A stretch of 64,000 bases of DNA from positions 256,001-320,000 of the forward strand of contig CAXXVD010000003.1 of NCBI GenBank assembly GCA_963662335.2, given 5' to 3'. The position numbers and the translations under genes are program-made. The stretch comes from Chloroflexota bacterium. GTDB lineage: Bacteria; Chloroflexota; UBA11872; VXOZ01. The notes under the pieces were generated by a model. It was given only the letters and a program-made list of their open reading frames with translations, was not told where the DNA came from and searched no databases. Below, piece after piece: positions 9,455 to 19,016 of the stretch (positions are counted from its first letter, which is position 1; each line of letters opens with the position of its first letter).

Positions 9455-11533
9455 TCATGGGCCTGTTTCCTCTTGGCTCTCAGGAGGGTTCTCAGGCTCC
9501 AGGATAAGTTCCTGAAGCGCGGCCTCTTTGACTTGCGTTTGCGACTCGGCAGGCAGGCTCTCGGCCGCCTGGATTGCCGCCTGGGCCGCAACTTTGGCCG
9601 CCTCTTGCTCCGATAGCCCAATCTGGGGGGCGGAGAGCCTGGCCGCCCGGATCGAATGGGTCACCACCGCGCCGACCCGCAGGCGTGTGTTGTCCGCGCC
9701 TTGCATCGCCCCCTGCACCGCGCCTTGCAAGGCCTCGATCGGGTCGGCGCCAACCTCAGTTACGGCTTCGATCGTGCCGCTCACGGTGGCCTGGATAACC
9801 CGGCCGGAACCGATTCCCGCCTCCGCGGCGGCGTCGATGGCCCCCTGGGCGGCGCCGACGGCAAGCGCGGTGCCCTGCCTGGCCGCATCGCGCGACCTGC
9901 TGCCCACGCGCGCAACGGCGCGGCCCACCCCCAGACGCACCTGCCTTGCCGTCGCCCGGCCGCGGGCAACGGCTTCGACCGCGTCTTTGGTTGACGATGC
10001 CAACTGGTACGCGGTAACGCTGGCGGCGACGTCAAGGCCGGGGAAGTGGGGGATGTAGCGCAGGCCGGCAATCGGGAATTGGGCAACGGCGCCGAGGCCG
10101 GGCACGACGTTCAGCGAGCGCAGGTTCTCCCGCGTTTGGTTCAGCAGCCGGTTCATCACCACTTCACTATCCACCTCGCCTTCCTCCTTGATCCTGGCAA
10201 GGAAGGCCTGCGTCAAGAGGCCAAGGAAGAAGGCAATCGCGAACAGGAAGTCATAGCCGGTCAGGAAGACCGCCGGAAAGCTGAACGCGCGCTCGGGATC
10301 GACCCACTCGATGAGGATCTCGAAGCGCCGCACGCTGAAGAAGTCAACGAACGCCCCGCCAATCAGCGGGCTGATGCCCGCGCCGAGATTGACCGCCAGG
10401 GAGGCGGCCGTGAGATAGGCCGTGGATTGGGCCTGCGGCGCCAGTTTCATGCGCAGCGTGGTGGTGGAGACGTTGATGCCGGCGCTGGCAATGCCTATGA
10501 GCGAGTGAAGCAGCACCAGGAGAGGAATCGTCAGGGCATGGGCGTCCGGCATGGTGGTAAAGGTCCACCCCAGGATGACGAGAAAGTAGAGCGACGAGCA
10601 GAGCGACAGGATGACCTTGCTGCCGAACCGGTCCGCAAAAGGCCCCCACACGCGCAGGAAGAGCACGTTTGCCAACTGGCTCCAAACCCCCATGCCAACC
10701 ACCACCAAGAGGGATAGCTCCAGCTTGGTCAGCATGTAGACCGCCAGGAACGGCACCGCCAGATAGACGACGAAGTTCCACAGGAACAGATACCGGATGA
10801 GGCTCGCGTAGTTGCTGTCGCGCAAGGGGGCCAGGAGTGTGCGAAAGACCGAGGGGCGCGGCCCTTCGCCCCGCGCCATGGCCGGCTCCGGAATCCGCGC
10901 CATCATGCCGACCGAACCGAAGCCGAGGAGGATGCTGCCCAGCAGGATGGCGTAGGAATAGCCGAAGATCACCTGGGATTCCGGCACGGCTCCCTTCCAC
11001 CAGTCGATGAAGAGCGCGGCCGCCAGGCCGGTAACGGCCGCGGTGATCGTGGCGGTGCGCAGCCTTTGGGCGAAGAAGCCGCCCAATGCACTGCCCGCCG
11101 CGACGTCGCGCAGCCAACTGGTCCAACTCGTGTTGACGAAGGCGGTGGCCGCGCCGCGCACCGCGATGAAGCAGAGCAGCAGCGTCACGGCCCCCGGATT
11201 GGGCACGTCTATCAGGAAGGGAATGAGCGCAATGGGCGTCCACGCCAGGTAGGCCGCAAAGTGCGACGGCACGGCGATTGCCTTGCGCCGGCGGAAGCGC
11301 TCGACCGCCACGACCGCCAGGAGTTGCACCGGCTGCATGATGAACGGAATGGCCGTCATGATGCCAATGTGCAGATTCGACGCGCCGAGGATGAGGGCAA
11401 AGGCGGCCAGAAATCCGCCGGAGGCCAGCCCGTCAGCCCCGGACGCGGCGATCGTCTGGAACTTGAGCGCCTTGAGCCCGCGCGCGCGTTCGCGCTCCGT
11501 CACAGTTTCGCTTGGCTGGAAGAGGGTTCGCAT
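9455..11533 (-). CDS. MFS transporter with long Ala-rich C-terminal extension
   Basis: About 12 TM helices, WGPFADRFGSK MFS loop motif and LGASNLHIG. The start is uncertain (11533 or 11602). Confidence 0.8.
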   Translation of the reverse strand: MRTLFQPSETVTERERARGLKALKFQTIAASGADGLASGGFLAAFALILGASNLHIGIMTAIPFIMQPVQLLAVVAVERFRRRKAIAVPSHFAAYLAWTPIALIPFLIDVPNPGAVTLLLCFIAVRGAATAFVNTSWTSWLRDVAAGSALGGFFAQRLRTATITAAVTGLAAALFIDWWKGAVPESQVIFGYSYAILLGSILLGFGSVGMMARIPEPAMARGEGPRPSVFRTLLAPLRDSNYASLIRYLFLWNFVVYLAVPFLAVYMLTKLELSLLVVVGMGVWSQLANVLFLRVWGPFADRFGSKVILSLCSSLYFLVILGWTFTTMPDAHALTIPLLVLLHSLIGIASAGINVSTTTLRMKLAPQAQSTAYLTAASLAVNLGAGISPLIGGAFVDFFSVRRFEILIEWVDPERAFSFPAVFLTGYDFLFAIAFFLGLLTQAFLARIKEEGEVDSEVVMNRLLNQTRENLRSLNVVPGLGAVAQFPIAGLRYIPHFPGLDVAASVTAYQLASSTKDAVEAVARGRATARQVRLGVGRAVARVGSRSRDAARQGTALAVGAAQGAIDAAAEAGIGSGRVIQATVSGTIEAVTEVGADPIEALQGAVQGAMQGADNTRLRVGAVVTHSIRAARLSAPQIGLSEQEAAKVAAQAAIQAAESLPAESQTQVKEAALQELILEPENPPESQEETGP

Positions 11534-11691
11534 TTGCAAGAGTTCGGGCTGCCTGCCGCCGCTGCTTCGCCGGCGCGCGGCACACGCTAGCGGTGACGCC
11601 ATGCGTAGAGCGCAGGCTCTATAATAGCACTGTCGACACCTTCTCCCACGCGCTTGGTAGGTTTAGCGAAGGCCGCGGGCGCAGCCAATAG

Positions 11692-12801
11692 GTGGAAACG
11701 ATGCCGTACACCGCCCATTACCTCGATCCCAAACTTGCGCTAGAACGGGTTGCGGACGATGAGCAACTTCTCGCGATCGTTGCCGGCGGCGAAGGCGTCT
11801 TGTGGCTCGACTTCGAAGCTCCGGACGCCGGGGACCGGGCGCTGCTCATCGACGGCATGGGATTCCACCCCCTGGCCGTGGAAGCGTGCATCGAGCGCGA
11901 GACGCACGGCGTGCGCATCGAGGATTTCGGCGATTACGTATTCCTGAACGCGCGCGGCATCGACTACACGGCGAACGAGGACGTGCTGCAGACGGTCGAT
12001 CTCAGCATGTTCGTCGGCCGCAACTACGTGGTGACCGCCCACGACCGCTACATGCCGAGCGTGGAGGCGGTGCAAAAGCTGGTGGAGAGCAACGTAAAGC
12101 ACCTGATGAGCAGCCCTTCGCTGCTGGCGCACGCCCATCTGGACGCCCTCATTCAGGTGTTCCGGCCCGCGCTGGAGCGAATGTCGGATCACGCGGACGC
12201 GATCGAAGAGCAGATAATCGAGAATCCCAGCGAGGCGGCGCTGGCGGGAATCATGACGCTCAAGCGGTCGTGCCTGAGCCTGAACCGCGCCCTCGCGCCG
12301 CAGCGCGACGTCTTGAGCCGCCTGGGCCGCCGGGAATTCAGCCTGGTCGCGAAAGAAGCGGACCTCTACTTCCGCGACTTGTTCGAGGACCTGGTGCGGG
12401 TGCAGGCGTCGAACGACGTGATCCGGGAGCGGGCCGACACGGCGCTGGCCACCTATCTCTCCGCGGTGTCCAACCGGCAGAACGAATTCATGAAAGTCCT
12501 CTCCATCGTGGCGACCATATTCATGCCGCTGGGCCTGGTGGCCGGCATCTTTGGCATGAACTTCCAGTACATGCCGGGGCTCGACTTCCGCTGGGGCTAC
12601 TACGCCATCTGGGGCTTGACGCTGCTTGCGATTGTGCTTACGCTCTGGCTGCTGTGGCTCAGGCGGTGGGTCGCGGTCAGAGTGCGGGCGCTGCGCAGCC
12701 AGCGCTTCGGCCGGTTCGTGCCCACGGCCGTTGACCCCATTCGCCTGACCGTCTTTGCCGGCCGCGCCGTAGCACGAAACTTGCGGCGCAGAACTCACTG
12801 A
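11692..12801 (+). CDS. corA: CorA family Mg2+/Co2+ transporter
   Basis: WLD, FHPLAVE, NEFMKVLSIVATIFMPL, signature GIFGMNF..MP and two C-terminal TM helices. Confidence 0.92.
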   Translation: METMPYTAHYLDPKLALERVADDEQLLAIVAGGEGVLWLDFEAPDAGDRALLIDGMGFHPLAVEACIERETHGVRIEDFGDYVFLNARGIDYTANEDVLQTVDLSMFVGRNYVVTAHDRYMPSVEAVQKLVESNVKHLMSSPSLLAHAHLDALIQVFRPALERMSDHADAIEEQIIENPSEAALAGIMTLKRSCLSLNRALAPQRDVLSRLGRREFSLVAKEADLYFRDLFEDLVRVQASNDVIRERADTALATYLSAVSNRQNEFMKVLSIVATIFMPLGLVAGIFGMNFQYMPGLDFRWGYYAIWGLTLLAIVLTLWLLWLRRWVAVRVRALRSQRFGRFVPTAVDPIRLTVFAGRAVARNLRRRTH

Positions 12802-12884
12802 GCGCGCCGGGCGCAGTCCCGCTTTGCGCCGCTCAGGGCGTGTAGAGGGTTTCGTGTGTCTCGCGCCTAGCCGGCGCAACCGCG

Positions 12885-14633
12885 TCACGCCGGCAGCGTG
12901 ATCTTCATTTCCATATACTCGCCTGCCACGGAATCGGGCGTAATCGCGCCGCCGTGTTCCCGGATGATGTCGCTGGAGATGCTCAATCCCAGGCCGGTGC
13001 CCTTGTCCGTCGGTTTCGTGGTGAAGAAGGGGTTGAACATCTTTGCCAGCGTCTCCGGCGAGACGCCGACGCCGTTGTCCCGAATGCGTATCTCCAGTTC
13101 GTCTTCTTTTCGTTCGGTGCGCAGCCAGACCGTCGGCAGATATTGCGCTTCTCCCTGCTCGCGCAGCGCGCGGTTCTTCTCAGCGGTGGCGTAGCAGGCG
13201 TTGCCGACCATGTTCAAGAAGACGCGGCCCAGGTTGTCCGGGGCGGCGAGGATCTTGCCGGCGTCCGGATCGAACTCTTCGCGGATTTCCAGGGTGAAGT
13301 CCGGGTCTTGCGCCCGGGTGCTGTGGTAGGCGAGTTTGGCGCGATCGCTGAGGAGTTCGTTGATGTCCACGGCCTGGGTGCTGCCGCCGCCGCGGCCCAG
13401 CATCAGCATATCGCGGACGATGCGGTTGGCGCGTTCGCCGTGAACTTTGATGCGGTCCAGGTTGTCGGCCAGGTCCTGGGAGATTTCGTCGATGAGGGCG
13501 CGCGTGTCGTCGTCCAGTTCGCCCGCGCTGTCCGCCAGCGACTCCTTCAATTCGGCCAGCAACTCTTCCGACGCTTCGGAGAAGTTCTGCATGAAATTCA
13601 GCGGGTTTCTGATTTCATGGGCAACGCCGGCGGTCAACTCGCCGAGTTCGGCCAGCTTCTGGCGCACCAGAATTTGATCCTGCGCCTGCCGGAGTTCCGC
13701 CAGGACGCGCTCCAATTCGTCGTTCTTGGCCTTCAGGTCGGCGGCGAGTTTTCTGGCGATGTCCAACTGCATGGCCTTGATGGAACGCAGGCGGAGTTCT
13801 TCCAGCGCGTACGCCAGTTCGGTGATTTCGTCCTGGCCCGTAGGCTCCACCTTGTAGTCCAGGTCGCCGGCCCCCATGCGGCGGATCCAAAACTCCAGCG
13901 CTACCGAGCGGATTCCGACGCGAATCAAGAGATACGTGACCAATAGCAACAGCGCGGTCGAGGCAATGCCGAGAACGAGCAGGCGAATGCGCCCGGCGGC
14001 AATCGCACCGGCCGCTTCGGTTAATCCGGCGGCGGCTGCGGCGTGGGCGTCCGCGCGCAGCGCAGCCGCGGCAAGGGTAAGCGCCTGCGCCCGCTCCCGG
14101 TTGACCGCCAAGAGGCGGCTGCGGTCGGCGAGAAGCTGGGTTTCGCGCGCGCTTGGCGCCGCCGGGCCGCCGCCCGCATCCGCCCGGCTCTGCGCAAGGC
14201 GGAGCAATTCCGCTTGCCGGGCGCGCAGTTCCGCCAGGTTGTCCAGCAGCGCGCCGGCGTGTTCCGCGATCGGCGGCGCGGCGGCGCTCTCCGCATCCAG
14301 CTTTTCCAGGGACGCCAGCAAGAGGCCGTGCTGCTCCGCCGCGCCGGCGTAGGCCCGTTCAAGCTCCGCCGCAGTCGCCGCGGCGGCAAGAGCCGGCCCC
14401 GCCCCGGCCAGCGCGGCGGCATGTTCGGCCAGCGCCGCCGCGTCCGCCGCCGCGGGCAGGCCGCGCTCGCTCACCCGGCGCACGGACGCATCGATCGCGT
14501 TGAACGAAACAACGGTCAGAATGACGCCCAGAAACCCCAGCAGAATGAGCAGCAGCATGCTCACGTTTATCTGGGTGGACTTGCGCTTGGGGCTTAAGCG
14601 CGATAGCTTGAAGTCTCTCTCTTCGATAGACAT
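12885..14633 (-). CDS. Membrane sensor histidine kinase (TM, sensor, TM, HAMP, HisKA, HATPase)
   Basis: H box GVAHEIRNPLNF, N box NMVGNACYA, DNGVG, FNPFFTTK and GTGLGLS, plus HAMP GQDEITELA. The start is uncertain (14633 to 14723). Confidence 0.9.
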   Translation of the reverse strand: MSIEERDFKLSRLSPKRKSTQINVSMLLLILLGFLGVILTVVSFNAIDASVRRVSERGLPAAADAAALAEHAAALAGAGPALAAAATAAELERAYAGAAEQHGLLLASLEKLDAESAAAPPIAEHAGALLDNLAELRARQAELLRLAQSRADAGGGPAAPSARETQLLADRSRLLAVNRERAQALTLAAAALRADAHAAAAAGLTEAAGAIAAGRIRLLVLGIASTALLLLVTYLLIRVGIRSVALEFWIRRMGAGDLDYKVEPTGQDEITELAYALEELRLRSIKAMQLDIARKLAADLKAKNDELERVLAELRQAQDQILVRQKLAELGELTAGVAHEIRNPLNFMQNFSEASEELLAELKESLADSAGELDDDTRALIDEISQDLADNLDRIKVHGERANRIVRDMLMLGRGGGSTQAVDINELLSDRAKLAYHSTRAQDPDFTLEIREEFDPDAGKILAAPDNLGRVFLNMVGNACYATAEKNRALREQGEAQYLPTVWLRTERKEDELEIRIRDNGVGVSPETLAKMFNPFFTTKPTDKGTGLGLSISSDIIREHGGAITPDSVAGEYMEMKITLPA

Positions 14634-14802
14634 GTGGAATTCAGCGAAGGAGTTGGATGTGCCGTGCGCGTCTCGCTCCGCCGATCCGCGCAGTGCGCAC
14701 ATTTTAGTACAGTTGGTGCGCACATTCCACGCCGTGGGTATAGTTCACGCTGCGGCGGCCCCGCGCGCGTCCGTTGCCGAGGCTCTGTGGCGCCAGTGTC
14801 TG

Positions 14803-17800
14803 TCACTCCGTCACGGTGAGCGCGCCGCCCAGGGTCTCGCCGCGCTGCTCGGGCCGGTAGTACGAGTACGCCTGGGAGACGACCGCTTTGGCCCGCACCG
14901 GGTACTTGGCGTGCGCCTGGAACGCAAACGTGAGCGTCTCGCCGGCGCGCATGTTGTCGATGTAGAGAATTGCCTTGCGCCCGGCAATCTCGAAGCGCTT
15001 GAAGATGGCGTATTCCTCGACCAGGGCCGCCACCGTCTCGCGCACCGGCTCGAAGCCGGTGGGCACGGCCACGTCCAGCACCACCATGCCCGCCTCGATT
15101 CCATCGGGAGGATTGAACGTGACGCTGGTGTGGACGGTGATGCGGTCGTCCACCGCGACGCGCTCCGTACCGTAGTCAACCGTAATCGCGAACACGTCCG
15201 GAATCTCAGTTTCCCGATCGGGGATGTTGTAGCGCAGCACCGTCTGCACGATGGCCGTGCCCCGGCCCATGGCGGTGACGGTAACCGGGTTGCCGAGCGG
15301 TACCTGCACGATCTGCATCACGTCGGCGTTCTCCGGCGTGAGCGCCACTTCCTTGCGCCAGTCGCCGCTCTGCAGCACAACGGTCATCTCCACGTTTGTG
15401 GCTACCCGTGCGGAATGGGCGGCCAGGGCTTGGAGGCTGACGACCGTATCTTGCGTGGAGCCGTAGCCTCCCAGCGCGTTGCGCTGGCCCACCAGCCACT
15501 TGGCGGCCTGGGAAGCGTTGAAGTCGTCGTTGTTCGCCAGCAGCGCCGGCAGGGCGTAGCCGGTAGTCTCGATCGCGGCGGTATGGGCCCCGTGCCCGCC
15601 GCCCCAGTAGAGCGCGCCGTCCGCGTCCTCATTGGCCATGGCCATCAGCCTGGCGTGGGCCTCCGCCGCCAGCGCGCTATCGGCAAGGGCCAGCGCGTAG
15701 GCCGCGATCGCCATGGTGTACGGGTCTTGGATGCCTTCCAGCCGGCTTACCAGGTACTGCATGGCGCGCGCGGCCCCGAAGTCGCGGCCGGCTTCAAGCA
15801 GCGCAATCGCCACGTACGCCGTGAGCGCGTCCCGCCCCTGCAAGCCGCCCAACAGTTCCTGGTGGTGCAGGAAGCCGACGTTCTCGAACGAGCCGTCCGC
15901 CAACTGATGCCGCTCGATCCAGGCGGCCGCGCGGTCGAGGACCTGTGGGTCGATGTAGATGATCTCCCGGGACTCCGCAAACGTCTTGAGGACGAACGCC
16001 GTGAGCCACAGGCTGCCCTCGGTGTCGCTGTTGCCAAAGGCGGAGAAGCTGCCGTCGTCCCGCATGTAGGTCAGTTCGCGCTGGTAGCCGACCAGCATCA
16101 GGTGTTCGGCCTTGGCCATGATTTCGGGCTTTAGCTGACCCGTTTCCCGCAGGTAGCGCGTCACGTACACGTTTGGCGCGAAGAGGATCATGTTCTGTTC
16201 GCCGCAGCCGAAGGGCATCTGCAGGAGTTGGTCGAGGCCGGCGATGCTCTGGGTCATGAGGTTGCCCGAGAGCGCAACGTAGGCGCGGCCGGAGCCGGCG
16301 ATGGCGTCCGGCGGCAGGTGGGGCAGGAACTCGTGGCGCTGGCCGCCGGACAGCAGGCGGTTGTCGACGTGCTCGACGCCGATGCCTTCCGGCTCCACCA
16401 GCAGTTCCTTTATGACGGCGTCGGCGGTTTCCGCGCTGCGCGCGGTAATCTTGATCGGATTGCGGCCCAGGCCGGTGGGGCGAATCATGAACTCGACGCC
16501 GCCGATGTCGTTGGCGCCAACCGTGACCGCCTTGAGCGGCTCATCGAGCAACGCGAACCACTCACTTTCCTCGATCTCCACGAAGAATTCCTGGGCGGTC
16601 TGCCGGTAGTTGAAGAGAGCGATCTTCACCGGCAACTCCTCGCCTCGGATGGCGGAAACCGGCAAGTCCACGGTCAGGAAGAAGGGCTGGAAGACGCGCA
16701 GTTCGCTCTCGCCGATGCCCAAGCCGTGTTCTTTGGAGATGCCCACGGCGCGCAGCGCCCAGGTGGTGATGCTGTCCGGCGCTTCCACGCTCAGCACGGC
16801 GCGGCCGTTGGCGTCCGTGTACACGTCCCGCCAAATCCAGGTTTCGGGGAAGAACTGGCGCACCCGCTGGACTTCCGCTAGGTCTTCCGTGGGGCCGGGG
16901 CCTGCCTTGGCTTCCGCCATTTCCGCCCGCGGCGCTTCCGCTTCTTCCGCTGCCGCCGCCGCTACTACAAAGGAACGTTCCTGCGGTCGCTGGAGGCTTC
17001 TGCCGGCCGGCACGTCCTTGTTCGTCAATACCACCGTCCCGGCGGCGGCGAAAGTCTCAGAAGCGCCCCGCGCCTCGATCGTGTAGGAAATGTTGATGTC
17101 GTGGAGTTCCGCCTGCGGCTGTTGGTAGAGCCGCTCCAACTCGGCGAAGATCTGCTGCAAGTTCAGCCGGTTCTCGGCCAGGATGAAGACCGAGCGGTCC
17201 ACGGCCACCAGGCCGACCCGCGCCTCTCCCTGCGTCTGGACGCGCACGTCAACCGCATCGCCCGGCCGCACTTCTTCCCGGCTAAAGCCCACGTCCACGT
17301 CGTGGCCATAGCCCCCGGCCACGCCAAACGGCACGTAATCGGCGGCAATCTCGTTATTCGGCAGTATCTGATAGACGAGCAGGCGCGCGGACGGCGCCAT
17401 GAGCGCGGTAGCCGTGAAGGCAATGTCCGGGCCGCGAGACACGTCAGAAAAAACGACCGCGCCTCTGGAGAGCACCTCATAGTAGAAGGTGCGCGCTTCC
17501 CGCGTTGCATGGACGCGGAATTGCGCCGTATCGCCCACCGCGATTTCGCCTTGGGTCACTTGCTCGACGTGGATGAAGTTGTCGGAAGGCGAATGGCCCG
17601 CCTGGAGATTCAGAGACGCGTACGCCCTTCCCATCTGGGCGTGCACGGTCACGGCCGCGGCATAGGCGGGCGCGGTGACCCGCGCGATGGCCGTGCCGTT
17701 CTCAAGCGCAACCTCGATCCTCTCGGTTGAAGCCGTTTGGAACGCCTGGTTCACGTATTCGAGCGTCATAGTAACCGTGCCGTCGACCGGCGTGCCGTCA

Positions 17801-18951
17801 GGCTCCTGGGCGATGATGAGATAGCTCAGGGGCAGGCAGGGCTTGAGGGTGCGGCTCTCCGGTATGAGCGTGAGCGTCGCCGCCGCTTCCGTGACGGTGA
17901 GCAGTTTCGAGGTCTTCTGCTCGTAGCCGGTGCTCTTCTCGCGGACAGTCACGTCGAGCGTCACGTTGCCCTGGCCGCCGGCCTGGGGCACGCCGGCCAC
18001 GTATTGCGCCGGCGGCAGTTCGAAGGCGGCCTCGCCGTCGATCGGCGCGCTAAAGCGGGCGAACTCCTCCCAGCGGCCCACGTAGCGGGACGCGACAATC
18101 TCCACTTCGCCCACCACCGGCTTGCCGAAGGCGTATTGACCGGCAACCGTCCCCATTATCGGGTCGCTGGCGAGAATCCAGTCCCGTGCGGTCGTAATGC
18201 TCACCTCGTACTTGGGCAGCGCGTAGCGTTCCACGCGCACGTCCAGTTGGGTTGTGCGGTCGCCCGCCAGCGCGGTGAGTTTCCACACACCGAGATTCGG
18301 CTCGGTGGAAAGCGGGACGTCGAGCGTCGCCATGCCGAATTCGCCGGTCTCGACCTCTTTCCGATAGACCTTGATGCCCTTGGCGTCTTGCAATTCGAGC
18401 GTAGCGGCGGACGGCCAGGGCTTGAGCGCGGCGTCCAGGGTCATCAGGCGGACGTGTATCGTCTGGCCGGGTTGGTAGAGCGGCTTGTCGGTCTCGACGA
18501 ACAGGAGCAGGCCGTCTTCGACCCGCACGTACGCTCGGCGCTCATCCGGCACGCCCGCCACCGCAACGGCGACTTCGTAGTGGTTGGGCCCGTCGCGCGG
18601 TACCGGCAGCAGGATATTGGCCGTGCCGGACACCGCGGCCGCTACGCTCTGGGCCACCCGGCCGCCGTCCAGCAGCGATACGCGCACGTTGCCGCTGGCA
18701 GGCCGGTCGCCGTTGAAGAGCGAGACGGAGACGTGCTCGGTGTACCCCCGGCGCAGCGCCTGGGGCACGACCGCCACGTAGCTGTCCGGCTTGAGCGCAG
18801 GGTCTAGCGTCCCGGCTTGCGCGGCGCCGCCCGGCGCGGCCTGCGCCGGACACTCCTTGTCGAGGTACAGGATCTCTTCCGGGCCGTCGCCGCAACCTGC
18901 CAGGACCAGGATGAGGACTGCCAGGAACGAGAACGTCAAGAGTCTTCTCAT
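14803..18951 (-). CDS. Alpha-2-macroglobulin/thioester-containing protein (CD109/TEP-like), predicted lipoprotein
   Basis: Lipobox LAGC. Motifs FVETDKPLYQPGQ, VGLVAVD, FPETWIW, PDSITTW, thioester PFGCGEQNM (CGEQ codons 16195-16206), DGSFSAFG, LWLTAFV, GGYGSTQDT and YSYY.P. Confidence 0.93.
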   Translation of the reverse strand: MRRLLTFSFLAVLILVLAGCGDGPEEILYLDKECPAQAAPGGAAQAGTLDPALKPDSYVAVVPQALRRGYTEHVSVSLFNGDRPASGNVRVSLLDGGRVAQSVAAAVSGTANILLPVPRDGPNHYEVAVAVAGVPDERRAYVRVEDGLLLFVETDKPLYQPGQTIHVRLMTLDAALKPWPSAATLELQDAKGIKVYRKEVETGEFGMATLDVPLSTEPNLGVWKLTALAGDRTTQLDVRVERYALPKYEVSITTARDWILASDPIMGTVAGQYAFGKPVVGEVEIVASRYVGRWEEFARFSAPIDGEAAFELPPAQYVAGVPQAGGQGNVTLDVTVREKSTGYEQKTSKLLTVTEAAATLTLIPESRTLKPCLPLSYLIIAQEPDGTPVDGTVTMTLEYVNQAFQTASTERIEVALENGTAIARVTAPAYAAAVTVHAQMGRAYASLNLQAGHSPSDNFIHVEQVTQGEIAVGDTAQFRVHATREARTFYYEVLSRGAVVFSDVSRGPDIAFTATALMAPSARLLVYQILPNNEIAADYVPFGVAGGYGHDVDVGFSREEVRPGDAVDVRVQTQGEARVGLVAVDRSVFILAENRLNLQQIFAELERLYQQPQAELHDINISYTIEARGASETFAAAGTVVLTNKDVPAGRSLQRPQERSFVVAAAAAEEAEAPRAEMAEAKAGPGPTEDLAEVQRVRQFFPETWIWRDVYTDANGRAVLSVEAPDSITTWALRAVGISKEHGLGIGESELRVFQPFFLTVDLPVSAIRGEELPVKIALFNYRQTAQEFFVEIEESEWFALLDEPLKAVTVGANDIGGVEFMIRPTGLGRNPIKITARSAETADAVIKELLVEPEGIGVEHVDNRLLSGGQRHEFLPHLPPDAIAGSGRAYVALSGNLMTQSIAGLDQLLQMPFGCGEQNMILFAPNVYVTRYLRETGQLKPEIMAKAEHLMLVGYQRELTYMRDDGSFSAFGNSDTEGSLWLTAFVLKTFAESREIIYIDPQVLDRAAAWIERHQLADGSFENVGFLHHQELLGGLQGRDALTAYVAIALLEAGRDFGAARAMQYLVSRLEGIQDPYTMAIAAYALALADSALAAEAHARLMAMANEDADGALYWGGGHGAHTAAIETTGYALPALLANNDDFNASQAAKWLVGQRNALGGYGSTQDTVVSLQALAAHSARVATNVEMTVVLQSGDWRKEVALTPENADVMQIVQVPLGNPVTVTAMGRGTAIVQTVLRYNIPDRETEIPDVFAITVDYGTERVAVDDRITVHTSVTFNPPDGIEAGMVVLDVAVPTGFEPVRETVAALVEEYAIFKRFEIAGRKAILYIDNMRAGETLTFAFQAHAKYPVRAKAVVSQAYSYYRPEQRGETLGGALTVTE

Positions 18952-19016
18952 GGCGTGACAAATCCTTATTGGCAGCATTGCTGGGAAGCGCGCTTTGGCG
19001 GGGCCACGCCGGCGCG

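Noticed and set aside
14500-16134. 544-aa plus-strand ORF (also 5528-7282, 60714-62675 and similar)
   Set aside because: They overlap well-supported genes on the opposite strand and have shadow-ORF composition.
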